Notes: generated by a model not told the origin, from the sequence alone. Shown: positions 28,972 to 39,912, numbered from the whole stretch's first letter. The stretch is DNA of 61,933 nt, filler included, from 3 parts of 3 records of this genome joined end to end with filler, not necessarily neighbours in it; one strand, 5' to 3'. Program-made: numbers and translations.

Positions 28972-29421
28972 ATGAGTTTAAAAACAAAAATTGAAGGTGA
29001 AATCAAGCAGGCGATGCTAGCCAAGAATAAGACAAGACTAACTGCATTGCGATCAATAAAAGCGCTGATATTGCTCGGTGAGACTGAAAAAGGTGTGAGC
29101 GAAGCGTTGACTGAAGATGCGGAAATGAAACTTTTGATTAAAGCAGCGAAGCAAAGAAAGGATTCCTACGACATCTATGTAGAGCAAAAAAGAGATGATC
29201 TGGCGTCTGTAGAAAAAGCGGAGTTGGAGGTAATAGAAGAATTTTTGCCAAAACAGTTAACTGAAGCGGAAGTAGCTGCTGAAGTAAAGGCGATAATCGC
29301 AGCAGTTGGGGCATCTGGGCCGCAGGACATTGGAAAAGTAATGGGTGCAGCCACCAAAAAATTGGCTGGAAAAGCGGATGGAAAATTGATCTCAACTTTG
29401 GCCAAACAGCTATTGTCTTAA
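28972..29421 (+). CDS. GatB/YqeY domain protein
   Basis: KQRKDS, EFLPKQL, DIGKVMG, GKADGK. Confidence 0.92.
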   Translation: MSLKTKIEGEIKQAMLAKNKTRLTALRSIKALILLGETEKGVSEALTEDAEMKLLIKAAKQRKDSYDIYVEQKRDDLASVEKAELEVIEEFLPKQLTEAEVAAEVKAIIAAVGASGPQDIGKVMGAATKKLAGKADGKLISTLAKQLLS

Positions 29422-29425
29422 CATA

Positions 29426-29971
29426 GTGAGTTACTTAGATATTTTTTTTATTGTACTGTTCCTTATCGGAATGATCAAAGGCTATATGAAAGGCCTTGTT
29501 GTGGAAGTGTTTTCCTTTCTTGGATTCTTCGCAGGGCTTTTTGCTGCGATAGAATTAACCATCCCGATTTCCAACAGTTTCTTTCAGAATACAGAATATT
29601 TTCAACTCCTCACTATTGGCGTTTTTATCATACTTTTTATAGTTGTACTTCTCATAATGAACCTTTTGGCTAAAATCTTGAAAAAGGCTATAGACATCAC
29701 TTTTTTAGGGTTCTTCGACAATGTACTGGGAGCGGTAGCCTCCGTGTTTAAGTGGGCGTTTATATTGAGTGTGGTTATCTGGGTGTTTGATTCTATCGGC
29801 ATGAACCTTTCACCGGATCTGAGAGAAGGGTCTGTTATTTACCCGATTGTTGAAATAATTGGGCCAAAAGTGTTTGAGTGGGTTTCGTACGCCTTGCCGT
29901 TCATCAAGGATATGATTGATTCACTCGAAAATATTGGTAGTAAATCCAAATCACTATATACCTTTTTGTAG
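29426..29971 (+). CDS. CvpA family membrane protein
   Basis: LDIFF..GYMKGLVVE N-terminus, DNVLGAV, four TM helices; GTG start. Confidence 0.85.
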   Translation: MSYLDIFFIVLFLIGMIKGYMKGLVVEVFSFLGFFAGLFAAIELTIPISNSFFQNTEYFQLLTIGVFIILFIVVLLIMNLLAKILKKAIDITFLGFFDNVLGAVASVFKWAFILSVVIWVFDSIGMNLSPDLREGSVIYPIVEIIGPKVFEWVSYALPFIKDMIDSLENIGSKSKSLYTFL

Positions 29972-29980
29972 ATTTAAGTA

Positions 29981-30733
29981 ATGGAGATTAAAGAAAAAAG
30001 CAGTTTTAGATATATTGATGAAGGCACAGGCGAAACCCTTTTGTTATTACATGGGCTTTTTGGAGCATTGAGTAATTGGGATAGCGTCGTTAATCAGTTT
30101 TCAAAAAACTATCGGGTCATCATACCCCTCCTTCCCATTTACACCATGCCGATTAAAGAGGCAGGTTTGGATGCCCTGAATAAATTTGTTGAAGAGTTTG
30201 TGGAGAAAATGCAACTTTCATCATTGAATTTGATAGGAAATTCACTTGGTGGTCATGTTGGTTTGATTTTCACCCTAAAGAATCCGGACAAAGTAAAAAG
30301 CCTCATTCTGACAGGTAGTTCAGGCCTTTTCGAAAACTCTATGGGCGGATCATTCCCTCGAAGGGGAAGCTATGAATACGTGCAGGAACGGGTTGCATAT
30401 ACTTTTTACGACCCAAAAACTGCGACCAAAGAGTTAGTTGATGAGGTTTTCGAAACAACCAAAAGTATCCCAAAAGCACTACGAATAGTGGCTATAGCAA
30501 AATCAGCACAGCGTCACAATATGGCAGATGTAATACCAGCGATCAAAGTCCCTACTTTATTGGTTTGGGGATTAAATGATACCATTACACCTCCATATGT
30601 TGCGCATGAGTTTGATAGGCTTATTCCAAACACGACATTGCGATTTGTAGATAAATGCTGTCATGCTCCTATGATGGAGAGGCCGGCTGAGTTTAATGCA
30701 TATGTGGAAACCTTTTTAAAAGAAGTTGCATGA
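29981..30733 (+). CDS. Alpha/beta hydrolase
   Basis: LHGLFG, GNSLGG, WGLNDTITP, HAPMME. Confidence 0.9.
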   Translation: MEIKEKSSFRYIDEGTGETLLLLHGLFGALSNWDSVVNQFSKNYRVIIPLLPIYTMPIKEAGLDALNKFVEEFVEKMQLSSLNLIGNSLGGHVGLIFTLKNPDKVKSLILTGSSGLFENSMGGSFPRRGSYEYVQERVAYTFYDPKTATKELVDEVFETTKSIPKALRIVAIAKSAQRHNMADVIPAIKVPTLLVWGLNDTITPPYVAHEFDRLIPNTTLRFVDKCCHAPMMERPAEFNAYVETFLKEVA

Positions 30734-31395
30734 TAGCCAAAGAGCTAATAAACTATATGATTCCTCCACTGAAGCCCGAAGATGATATAGGCAAGGCCAA
30801 ACTATGGATGGATGAATTGCGTTTGTCTCAGCTCCCTGTTTCAGAACACAATAAATTTATCGGGATTATAACCGAGGAAATGCTGTTCGACGATAATCTT
30901 CACTTCGCAAGAGTTGGTGAATACCCGCTTTTAGGAGAGAACAGTACAATTAATGCATTTAGCCATTATTACGATGTTCTTAAAACATCCACGCGTGAAG
31001 GTTTGCGGTTGGTTGCGGTTTTGGATGATTTGAACAGCTACATGGGTGTTATTGCCACCGGCGATGTTGTGGAGGCATTCGCCAAATCATCATCTGTCGT
31101 AACTCCAGGTGCTATTCTAACGCTCAAACTCAATACAATTGACTATTCCTTATCAGAAATTAGCCGGGTAGTCGAATCCAATCAAGCCAAAATTCTCACC
31201 TCTTATATAAGTGACTTTCCCAACGAGCCATTGAAACTGTTGCTTACCTTAAAATTAAATGTCGAAGAAGTCAGTCATATAGTGGCATCTTTAGGAAATC
31301 AAGGGTTTTATGTAGAATCCTCCTACAACTCCGCAGAATCAAGTTTTGACGAAAAAGAGCGACTTGATATTTTCATGAAATTTTTGAAAATCTAA
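30730..31395 (+). CDS. CBS domain-containing protein
   Basis: CBS-like LPV..FIGII and LVAVLD..YMGVI repeats; DYSLSEISRVVESN; upstream of NAD kinase. Confidence 0.8.
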   Translation: MIAKELINYMIPPLKPEDDIGKAKLWMDELRLSQLPVSEHNKFIGIITEEMLFDDNLHFARVGEYPLLGENSTINAFSHYYDVLKTSTREGLRLVAVLDDLNSYMGVIATGDVVEAFAKSSSVVTPGAILTLKLNTIDYSLSEISRVVESNQAKILTSYISDFPNEPLKLLLTLKLNVEEVSHIVASLGNQGFYVESSYNSAESSFDEKERLDIFMKFLKI

Positions 31396-31399
31396 ACCA

Positions 31400-32269
31400 A
31401 TGGGTAAAATCGCTTTGCATGGCATTGCTATACAGGAAGATTCTCTGGTATTGATTGAACGCATGTTGCGGCAGCTTGTAACTGGAAAGAGGGAAATTCA
31501 TATTTCGGATCGGCTGGACGCTCTTAAACTAAAAATTTTCGAAGGGCTCCCAGTGTTCGACAAGTCGCAGGATCTTCATGGTTTTGAAGCGATATTTAGT
31601 CTGGGTGGAGATGGCACCTTGCTCAACACCCTCACCTATGTGAAAGATTCTGAGTTACCTATCATGGGTATCAATCTGGGAAGGCTTGGTTTTTTGGCTA
31701 ACATTTCCAAGGAGAATATCGAATCTGCCATCGAATCCTATTTCATCGGGGATTTTGAGTTTGACAACAGAACGCTTTTAAATTTAGTCTCAGATATTGA
31801 GGCATTTAAGGGAAATAATTATGCGCTCAACGAATTTGCCATTCTCAGGAAGGATAGTTCCTCTATGATTGTGGTGAATTGCTATCTAAATGGTGAATTT
31901 TTGAATACATATTGGGCGGATGGACTGATGGTTTCTACACCAACAGGGTCTACAGGATACTCATTGAGTTGTGGTGGGCCGGTGATAATGCCTCATACCA
32001 AAAATTTCATCATTACTCCGGTGAGTCCACATAATTTGAATGTGAGGCCACTGATAGTTTCAGAGGATAGTGAGTTGAAATTCACTATTGAATCCAGGAA
32101 TCAATCGTTTTTGGTTTCATTGGATTCAAGATCTGAGGCATTGGATAGCAAGGTGGAACTGATAGTAAAAAAAGCCGATTTTTCGGCGAAACTTATAAAA
32201 GTGAAGGGCAGTTCCTTTCTGGATACTCTCAGAAACAAGTTGACTTGGGGTCTGGACAGGAGAAATTGA
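31400..32269 (+). CDS. nadK: NAD kinase
   Basis: LGGDGT, GRLGFL, ALNE, DGLMVSTPTGSTGYSLSCGGP. Confidence 0.95.
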   Translation: MGKIALHGIAIQEDSLVLIERMLRQLVTGKREIHISDRLDALKLKIFEGLPVFDKSQDLHGFEAIFSLGGDGTLLNTLTYVKDSELPIMGINLGRLGFLANISKENIESAIESYFIGDFEFDNRTLLNLVSDIEAFKGNNYALNEFAILRKDSSSMIVVNCYLNGEFLNTYWADGLMVSTPTGSTGYSLSCGGPVIMPHTKNFIITPVSPHNLNVRPLIVSEDSELKFTIESRNQSFLVSLDSRSEALDSKVELIVKKADFSAKLIKVKGSSFLDTLRNKLTWGLDRRN

Positions 32270-32327
32270 GCCCTTTTGGTAGCAAAATGAGAGTATTTAC
32301 CTATTTTTGGTGTAATTGGTCGAAAAA

Positions 32328-33226
32328 ATGAAGCTCAGAAATATCATCATGTTTTCTTTATTGGGTCTGTTCTTGTTCTCTGGACTGAGCGCAGATGCCC
32401 AAAGAAGGACGAAGTACGGAAAGCGAAAAGGTAAGAATAAGCAAATATCCAAATACCACGGAGGAAATGTGGGTGGGAGATTTCGCCCGTATCAATACGC
32501 AGGCTTCAATGTCAATGCTTTGAATTATTTCGGCGATCTGGCACCATTGAGTAAGACGGCCAGTACGGACGTGAGTTTTACCCGGCCTGGTTTTGGTTTT
32601 AATATGGGGTATAAGTTTAATTCCCGTATGGCAATGCGTGGAGGACTAAACTGGGGGCGATTACAAGCGTCAGATTTTTCAGCCGATCCGGCACTTGATC
32701 AAAGTAGTGGCAATGGTAGGTATCAAAGAAATTTGAGTTTCCGTAACGATATCTACGAGCTTCAACTGGGTGTGGAACTTTACATCTTGCCTAATTACGG
32801 AGGTCCAAATGTTAGATTACCATTTAATGCCTATGTATTTGGTGGAGCTGCTTTATTTTACCATTCTCCAAAAGGACAGGTTCCAAAAGCAGATTACCAA
32901 ACGGCCATTGATGGTTCTGTAGCTGCCCCAAAAGGTGGAGATTGGGTAAGCCTCAGACCATTGGGAACAGAAGGTCAAAATTTATCAAGTGTTAAGGTAA
33001 AACCTTACAGTCCGATACAAGCATCTATTCCTATTGGCATAGGAGCTAGAATGAGACTTCCAGGTACGCCTTTTGATGTGGGTATGGAAGTGGGGTATCG
33101 AATCTTATTCACAGACTACATTGATGACGTAAGTGGAGAGTATGTGGCTCTTGATCAATTCAATGATCCCTTGGCCAGAATCATGTCCGATAGAAGCGCC
33201 GAGGTTGTGAACGTGGCTGACAATAC
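32328..33226 (+). CDS. DUF6089-like outer-membrane beta-barrel protein, 3' truncated
   Basis: Signal peptide; NYFGDL, RNLSFRN, LRPLGTEGQ, FTDYIDDVS motifs; TATTTTTG -7 element at 32302-32309. Confidence 0.65.
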
Positions 33227-33326
33227 NNNNNNNNNNNNNNNNNNNNNNNNNNNNNNNNNNNNNNNNNNNNTTAATTAATTAANNNNNNNNNNNNNNNNNN
33301 NNNNNNNNNNNNNNNNNNNNNNNNNN
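33227..33326. other. Artificial contig-joining linker
   Basis: N44 + TTAATTAATTAA + N44; sharp GC shift. Confidence 0.98.
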
Positions 33327-34857
33327 CAGGCTCGACCGGGATGACGATATGATCATGACCGGCAAGCGGCATGATTTCCGCTATGATTATGACGTGGGTT
33401 TCGATGGTGAGGGCCGCATCACAGGCATGGCGATTGAAATGGCGTCGCGTTGCGGGCGTTCAACTGATCTGTCCCCCGCGATCAATGACCGTGCCATGTT
33501 CCATGCTGACAATTGTTATTATCTGAGCGATGTGGAGGTTAAATCTCACCGCTTGAAAACCCACACGGTATCAAACACCGCCTTCCGTGGTTTTGGCGGG
33601 CCGCAAGGCATGTTGGGTATTGAATGTGTGATGGACGAGATCGCGCACAATCTCGGGAAGGACCCCTTGGATGTGCGGCGAGCGAACCTCTATGGCGGTG
33701 AAAACCGCAATGTCACACCGTTTGGCATGACTGTTGAGGATAATATTGCGCCTGCACTACTTGATGCGCTGGCTGATAGCACAGATTATACCCGGCGGCG
33801 GGCTGAGATGCGTGCCTTCAACGCCAATAGCCCTTATCTTAAAAAAGGCATCGCGCTGACCCCGGTGAAATTTGGCATCAGTTTTACCACCACGCACCTC
33901 AATCAGGCAGGCGCCCTCGTGCATGTATATGCAGACGGCAGCGTGCACCTGAACCACGGCGGCACCGAGATGGGGCAGGGCCTTTTTGTCAAGGTCGCGC
34001 AGGTGGTGGCGGAAGAGTTCCAGATTGACGTGGACCATATCAAGATCACCGCAACCACCACGGCCAAAGTGCCCAACACGTCGGCGACGGCGGCATCCTC
34101 CGGCTCAGACCTGAACGGCATGGCGGCGCTGGACGCTGCCCGCAAGATCAAGGCCCGGCTAACTGATTTTGCGGCCGAAAAATACGATTGCCCAAAAGAC
34201 AGGGTCACGTTCCGCAACAATAATGTCTATGTCGAGAACAAGGAAATACCCTTCGCAGATCTGGTGCGGGAGGCTTACCTCGGGCGGGTCTCACTGTCTG
34301 CCACAGGTTTTTATAAAACCCCCAAAATCCACTATGATCGCAGCAAACATAAAGGCCGCCCGTTCCTGTATTTCTGTTACGGCGCTGCGGTTTCCGAGGT
34401 GCTGATCGATACCTTGACCGGTGAATATAAGGTCGAGCGGGTGGACATCCTGCATGACACCGGCCGCTCACTAAACCCGGCGATCGACAAGGGGCAGATT
34501 GAAGGCGGCTTCATCCAGGGCATGGGTTGGCTCACCACCGAAGAGCTGGTGTTTGATAAGGACGGCCGGCTGCGCACACACGCGCCGTCCACCTATAAAA
34601 TTCCTGCCTGCAGCGACAGGCCGGAGCATTTGAATATTGAGCTATATAAAAAAGGCCGCAATGTTGAGGCCACGATCCACCGATCAAAGGCAGTGGGCGA
34701 GCCGCCCTTCATGCTGGCGAATTCTGTGTTCCTTGCGATCGCAGACGCTGTGTCCGCGGCGTCGGATTATAAAGTGCGGGCATGCCTGAACGCACCTGCA
34801 ACGCCGGAAGAAGTGCTTAAAGCAGTTGTGGCGGTGCAAAAGCAGGCACAAAGCTGA
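33327..34857 (+). CDS. xdhB: Xanthine dehydrogenase molybdopterin-binding subunit, 5' truncated
   Basis: RLDRDDDMIMTGKRH, AFRGFGGPQG, GGTEMGQGL, GQIEGGFIQGMG, SKAVGEPP. Confidence 0.96.
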
Positions 34858-35636
34858 TGACAGCCGGGCCCCAAGGCATAATGGGAATTCTGGTCACAAT
34901 CAAAGAGACCAAAGGCTCCGTTCCACGTGAAGCGGGCACCACCATGTGGATTGAAGCCGCACGCACCGAGGGCACTATTGGCGGCGGTAATCTGGAATTT
35001 CAGGCGATTGAGCAGGCCCGCAAGCTTCTGGCGATGCCGGACAAGAGCGAAGCGACGCAGAAATATGCGCTGGGCCCGCTGTTGGAGCAATGCTGTGGGG
35101 GCTCAGTTGTGCTGTCGCTTGAAAAAATGAGTCGGGGAAACGGGGTGGCTGCGCGCAAGAAAGCGATGGCGGCTGAAACGCGGTATCCGCTGTATATGTT
35201 TGGTGCCGGGCATGTGGGTAAGGCGGTCGTAAACGCTGTTTCCCCATTGCCGTTCAAGGTGGCTTGGGTGGACCAGCGGGCGCATGAATTTCCCACAGAC
35301 GTGAGAGATATCGTGGCGCAAGATCACACCTCAAACCCGGTTGATGTGGTCGAGGCGGCGGAAAGTGGGGCACTGTTTCTCATTTTCACCCACAGCCACC
35401 AGCTGGACTATGAGATAGCGGCGGCGGCGCTGAAGCGGGGCGATGCACGCTATGTCGGGCTTATCGGTTCCGAGACAAAACGCGCGCGCTTTGAAAGCCA
35501 TGTGAGGAAAGATGGGGTTCTGAACGATGAAGAGCTTAAAGGGCTCACATGCCCCATTGGTGTTTCGGGCATTGAGGGCAAGGAACCAGAGGTGATCGCG
35601 GCCGCAGTTGCCGCGCAGCTGTTGCAGCACCTTTGA
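34857..35636 (+). CDS. xdhC: Xanthine dehydrogenase accessory protein
   Basis: GSVPREAG, GTIGGGNLE, QCCGG, FGAGHVG, THSHQLD, GLIGSETK. Confidence 0.93.
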   Translation: MTAGPQGIMGILVTIKETKGSVPREAGTTMWIEAARTEGTIGGGNLEFQAIEQARKLLAMPDKSEATQKYALGPLLEQCCGGSVVLSLEKMSRGNGVAARKKAMAAETRYPLYMFGAGHVGKAVVNAVSPLPFKVAWVDQRAHEFPTDVRDIVAQDHTSNPVDVVEAAESGALFLIFTHSHQLDYEIAAAALKRGDARYVGLIGSETKRARFESHVRKDGVLNDEELKGLTCPIGVSGIEGKEPEVIAAAVAAQLLQHL

Positions 35637-35656
35637 AGGTACGAGAGGCTAGGGAA

Positions 35657-37252
35657 GTGAGTAGTGATAATCTGAAAATTACGGGCCCCAAAGTGGCGGG
35701 TGCCAATGAGATTTTGACCGAAGGCGCGTTGAAGTTTGTCGCTGAGATAGAAGCGCGTTTTGGGGTGCGGCGGCGGGAGTTGATGGCAGCACGCGCGGAA
35801 GTTCAGCGCGGCTTCGACAAGGGCTTGTTGCCAGATTTCCTGCCTGAAACTGCGGAGGTGCGTGCAAGAGAATGGCATGTGCGCCCGGCCCCGGAGGCAC
35901 TGCTTGATCGGCGGATTGAGATCACCGGGCCAGTGGACCGGAAGATGGTGATCAACGCGCTCAACTCGGGCGCAAACTGTTTCATGGCCGACTTTGAGGA
36001 CAGCTCGACCCCCACATGGGAAAATATGATCAGGGGGCAGATCAACCTGCGGGACGCTGCCCACGGTACTATCAGTTTCACCAACCCCGATACTGGGAAG
36101 CAATATGCGCTGTCGGATGAGACAGCTGCCCTTCTCGTGCGGCCGCGCGGCCTGCATATGCTTGAGCAACATGTGCGGCTTGATGGCAAGCCTGTTTCAG
36201 CCGGGTTCTTCGATTTCGCCTTATTCCTGTTTCACAGCGCTGAAAAGCAGGTAAAGCGGGGCGTTGGCCCATATTTTTACCTGCCGAAAATGGAACATCA
36301 CCTTGAAGCCCGCCTTTGGGAGGATGTGATTGCTTTTGCGGAAGATCATCTATCGCTTGCGCGTGGTACGGTGCGGGTGACAGTGCTCATAGAGACGATA
36401 ACGGCTGCGTTCCAGATGGATGAGATTCTCTATGAACTCAGGGATCATATTGTTGGCCTGAACTGTGGACGCTGGGATTATATCTTCAACTTCATCAAGC
36501 GTTTTGCCTGTCGCCGTGACTTTGTGTTGCCTGACCGCGCAGGCGTGGGCATGGACCAGCACTTCCTTAAAAGCTATAGCCAGCTTCTGATCAAAACCTG
36601 TCACCGGCGCGGCGCCCATGCGATGGGCGGTATGGCAGCGCAGATACCCATCAAAGGGGATGCAGCCGCCAATGCAGCCGCCATCGCCAAGGTGAAAGCA
36701 GACAAGGAGCGTGAAGCGCGAAATGGGCACGATGGCACCTGGGTTGCGCATCCGGGCCTTATCCCGACAGTGCGCGAGGTGTTTGACCGGGTAATGCCAG
36801 GGCCTAACCAGCTTTTTAATGCGCGCGCGGACGTGGACGTGACGCCGCGCGACCTTCTTGATGTGCCCGAAGGGGTCATTACCGAGGCTGGTGTGCGCAG
36901 CAATATCAGCGTGGGGTTGATGTATGTTTCGACCTGGCTTTCGGGCATGGGCTGTGTGCCTATTCACCACCTGATGGAAGATGCAGCGACGGCGGAAATT
37001 TCCCGCACTCAGCTGTGGCAGTGGCGTACCCATGGCGCCAAGCTGGATGATGATCGCTTGATCGACGCCGCGCTGCTTGAGGCCTTGATTGGTGAAGAAG
37101 TTGCTGCCCTGCAGGCGCAGGAGTTCACGGGGCGCGAGCGGCTTGATGATGCGGTTTGCCTTTTCACCAAATTGGTGATGGATGAAAGCCTGGAAGAATT
37201 TTTAACCACACCAGCGTATGACTTGGTGTTGTCGTATGAAGGTGCGGCCTGA
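35657..37252 (+). CDS. aceB: Malate synthase A
   Basis: DRRIEITGP, ADFEDS, VRPRG, LNCGRWDYIF, GHDGTWVAHP, LMEDAATAEISR; GTG 35657 with purine-rich RBS preferred. Confidence 0.95.
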   Translation: MSSDNLKITGPKVAGANEILTEGALKFVAEIEARFGVRRRELMAARAEVQRGFDKGLLPDFLPETAEVRAREWHVRPAPEALLDRRIEITGPVDRKMVINALNSGANCFMADFEDSSTPTWENMIRGQINLRDAAHGTISFTNPDTGKQYALSDETAALLVRPRGLHMLEQHVRLDGKPVSAGFFDFALFLFHSAEKQVKRGVGPYFYLPKMEHHLEARLWEDVIAFAEDHLSLARGTVRVTVLIETITAAFQMDEILYELRDHIVGLNCGRWDYIFNFIKRFACRRDFVLPDRAGVGMDQHFLKSYSQLLIKTCHRRGAHAMGGMAAQIPIKGDAAANAAAIAKVKADKEREARNGHDGTWVAHPGLIPTVREVFDRVMPGPNQLFNARADVDVTPRDLLDVPEGVITEAGVRSNISVGLMYVSTWLSGMGCVPIHHLMEDAATAEISRTQLWQWRTHGAKLDDDRLIDAALLEALIGEEVAALQAQEFTGRERLDDAVCLFTKLVMDESLEEFLTTPAYDLVLSYEGAA

Positions 37253-37270
37253 CGGCCCCAGGAGTTTTAA

Positions 37271-38461
37271 ATGGACATTGATATTACCGCATGGCTGAGC
37301 CTTGCCATCCGTTGGCTGCATTTCATCACCGGTATCGCATGGATCGGCTCAAGCTTCTATTTCGTTTGGCTCGACAACCATCTTGAGGAGCCAAAGGAAA
37401 AGAAGAAGGGCATGTCAGGTGAGTTGTGGTCTGTGCATGGTGGTGGTTTTTACCACAAGCAGAAATATGCCGTTGCGCCTGAGCAGATGCCCGAAAAGCT
37501 TCACTGGTTCAAATGGGAAGCCTATTTCACCTGGATGAGCGGTTTTGCGCTATTGGCTGTGATCTATTATCTCGGGGCGGAGTTGTTTCTGATCGATAAA
37601 TCCAAGATGGATCTCACGCAATTTGAGGCCATTGGTATCAGCCTCGCGTTCCTCGTTGGTGGCTGGGTGTTTTATGACGGGCTTTGTCGTTCCCCCATCG
37701 GGCAAAACAATAAACTCACGGGTATCATCTGGTTCTTCTCCCTCGTCGCGGCGGCTTATGCGCTCACGAATATTTTCTCTGACCGCGCTGCGTTCATTCA
37801 TGTTGGTGCGATTGTCGGCACAGCGATGGCCGCCAACGTATTTATGGTGATTATCCCGAACCAGAAAAAGGTTGTGGCGGCGCTCACCGCTGGTGAAGCC
37901 CCTGACCCACGCCTTGGCCAGATCGGCAAACAGCGCAGTTTGCATAATAATTACATGACCCTGCCGGTGCTGTTTTTGATGATCTCCAACCACTATCCGA
38001 TGACATTTTCCAACCCCTATAACTGGGTTATCGTGGCGGGCATTGGCCTTGTGGGTGTGATGGTGCGGCATTTCTTCAACCTGCGCCACAAGGGACAATC
38101 AAGCCCCGGGCTTGTCGCAGCGGCGGCCCTTCTCTTCATATTGATCGCCATGTTTGCCGCTGACGTGGAGAAACGTGACCGTCCCGATGTGGCGGCGGGT
38201 GATGCATCTTTCAAACGCGTACAGGCTATTGTTGGTAAACATTGCACCAACTGTCATGCGGCAGCACCAACTCATGAAAGCTTCGAGGAAGCCCCCGGTG
38301 GTGTCATGCTCGACCGGCCAGAGTTGATTGAGCTTTATGCACCGCGGATCATGGAGCAAACGGTGAAGGCCGATATCATGCCGCTTGGTAATGAGACTGG
38401 CATGACCGATGAAGAACGCGCGCTGATCGGTAAATGGATTGAAGAGGGTGCGAAGCGCTAA
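37271..38461 (+). CDS. puuD: Membrane urate hydroxylase with C-terminal cytochrome c
   Basis: RWLHFITGIAWIGSSFYF, VHGGGFY, LHWFKWEAY, RSLHNNY; CTNCH haem motif; purine operon context. Confidence 0.88.
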   Translation: MDIDITAWLSLAIRWLHFITGIAWIGSSFYFVWLDNHLEEPKEKKKGMSGELWSVHGGGFYHKQKYAVAPEQMPEKLHWFKWEAYFTWMSGFALLAVIYYLGAELFLIDKSKMDLTQFEAIGISLAFLVGGWVFYDGLCRSPIGQNNKLTGIIWFFSLVAAAYALTNIFSDRAAFIHVGAIVGTAMAANVFMVIIPNQKKVVAALTAGEAPDPRLGQIGKQRSLHNNYMTLPVLFLMISNHYPMTFSNPYNWVIVAGIGLVGVMVRHFFNLRHKGQSSPGLVAAAALLFILIAMFAADVEKRDRPDVAAGDASFKRVQAIVGKHCTNCHAAAPTHESFEEAPGGVMLDRPELIELYAPRIMEQTVKADIMPLGNETGMTDEERALIGKWIEEGAKR

Positions 38462-38470
38462 GGAGTCACC

Positions 38471-38968
38471 ATGCGAGTATTGACCGCAGAACCGTTGACA
38501 GCTGACGTTTTCAAACCTTTCGGGGATGTGATTGAAGCGACAGATCGAGTGCGCCAGTTTGGTATCAATTACGGGAATACGGTTAGGTTTCATGATCTCG
38601 CGCATGTTGACGTAGATGCAAACCGTGGTCGCGCAGGCATGAGCATCTTTCGCTCAACCCCGCTGCCGCTACCGGTGTTGATTGAGCTGATGGAATATCA
38701 TCCACTTTCAAGTCAGGCGTTTATGCCGCTTGGCCCCAAGCCCTATCTGGTGGTGGTTGCTCCAAAAGGCGATTTTGATGCCGCGCAAATACGCGCTTTC
38801 AAGGCAGAGCCGGGGCAGGGCGTGAACTATCATGCGGGTACATGGCATCACTTCTGTCTCGCTCTTGAGGGAGTCAGTGATTTTCTAGTCGTGGACCGTA
38901 TTGGCGACGGCGATAACTGCGTCGAGCATCATCTGGATGAGGCCGAAAAACTCTCGGTGTCTATATAG
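38471..38968 (+). CDS. allA: Ureidoglycolate lyase
   Basis: FKPFGDVI, MEYHPLSSQAF, GVNYHAGTWHH, FLVVDR. Confidence 0.92.
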   Translation: MRVLTAEPLTADVFKPFGDVIEATDRVRQFGINYGNTVRFHDLAHVDVDANRGRAGMSIFRSTPLPLPVLIELMEYHPLSSQAFMPLGPKPYLVVVAPKGDFDAAQIRAFKAEPGQGVNYHAGTWHHFCLALEGVSDFLVVDRIGDGDNCVEHHLDEAEKLSVSI

Positions 38969-38970
38969 GC

Positions 38971-39564
38971 TTAGTTAGCTTTGCGCCACATAAGCCACAT
39001 GGGTGGGCATCCGTTGGCGGGCACTGCTTCTTCCAGTATCTCAAAACCATGGTTCTGGTAGAACGAAATATTCTGCTCTTTCGAGTTCTCGAGATACGCC
39101 GGCATGCCAGCAGCGTCTACACGTGTGAGGGCCTCGCGCATCAGGGCGCCACCTATGCCCTTGCCTTGCAGGCTTGGGTCAACGGCGATGGCGAACAGAT
39201 AGAAATGCGGCGGGTGCAGCTTGCGTTTCTTCGCCATGAAGGCGTCGATCATGAGCGAATTTTTAAGAGCCTGCAGGCCGCCGTGACGAATGATGCTTGC
39301 GCCGAGGCTGAGGTTCCCAAGGCCGTATCCCTTTTTTGCGCCAGGCGGTAACCACAGGGTTCCTGCCAAACCGTCTGCTGTGACATGGCCAAAACCACGG
39401 GTCAGGTAAAGGTATTCTGCCATGGTGGTGAACGTGGGTTTCATGGCACCTTCGCCAGCGAAAACCCACAGGTTGACCGTATCGTCTGCAAAACCTGTGG
39501 CGATTATCCGCCCGATTAGATCGTGCTCACCCCGTTCAAGCTGCCTGATGGACGGCGCCGCCAT
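38971..39564 (-). CDS. GNAT family N-acetyltransferase
   Basis: IAVDPSLQGKGIG acetyl-CoA motif, AYLE, NISFYQNHGF. Confidence 0.9.
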   Translation of the reverse strand: MAAPSIRQLERGEHDLIGRIIATGFADDTVNLWVFAGEGAMKPTFTTMAEYLYLTRGFGHVTADGLAGTLWLPPGAKKGYGLGNLSLGASIIRHGGLQALKNSLMIDAFMAKKRKLHPPHFYLFAIAVDPSLQGKGIGGALMREALTRVDAAGMPAYLENSKEQNISFYQNHGFEILEEAVPANGCPPMWLMWRKAN

Positions 39565-39690
39565 GTTGCCATTCCTTTAAAATGAAAATGTTTCATTTAT
39601 GGAATGTGACACGGCGCACAGAGATGTGCAAGCTGCTCAGGTCGGCAGCTTGTCATATACAAGTAGGAGGTGGAGATATGCGCAGGCGGC

Positions 39691-39912
39691 TTATCGCCCG
39701 CGCGTTTCTTCAAACATTTTGCGTGTATTGCGGTCACGGACCACCATGATCGACCAGACAGCAAGTATCACCCAAACGATGAAACCAGCGCCTGCAAGGA
39801 TGGTCAGGAACCACGCAATGACCCAGATCACCGCAGCGAAGATCGCCTGAAATGGTTTCCCGCACAGAAGCAGCGCAAGCGGCGGAATAAGTAGAGCAAG
39901 AAGATAGAGCAT
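39691..39912 (-). CDS. Small membrane protein (YqaE/Pmp3-like)
   Basis: 73 aa hydrophobic; YLLALLIPPLALL N-terminus; GGAG RBS. Confidence 0.7.
   Translation of the reverse strand: MLYLLALLIPPLALLLCGKPFQAIFAAVIWVIAWFLTILAGAGFIVWVILAVWSIMVVRDRNTRKMFEETRGR

Noticed and set aside
13135-33326. Horizontal transfer explaining GC shifts
   Set aside because: Shifts coincide exactly with linkers; no integrase, transposase or att sites seen
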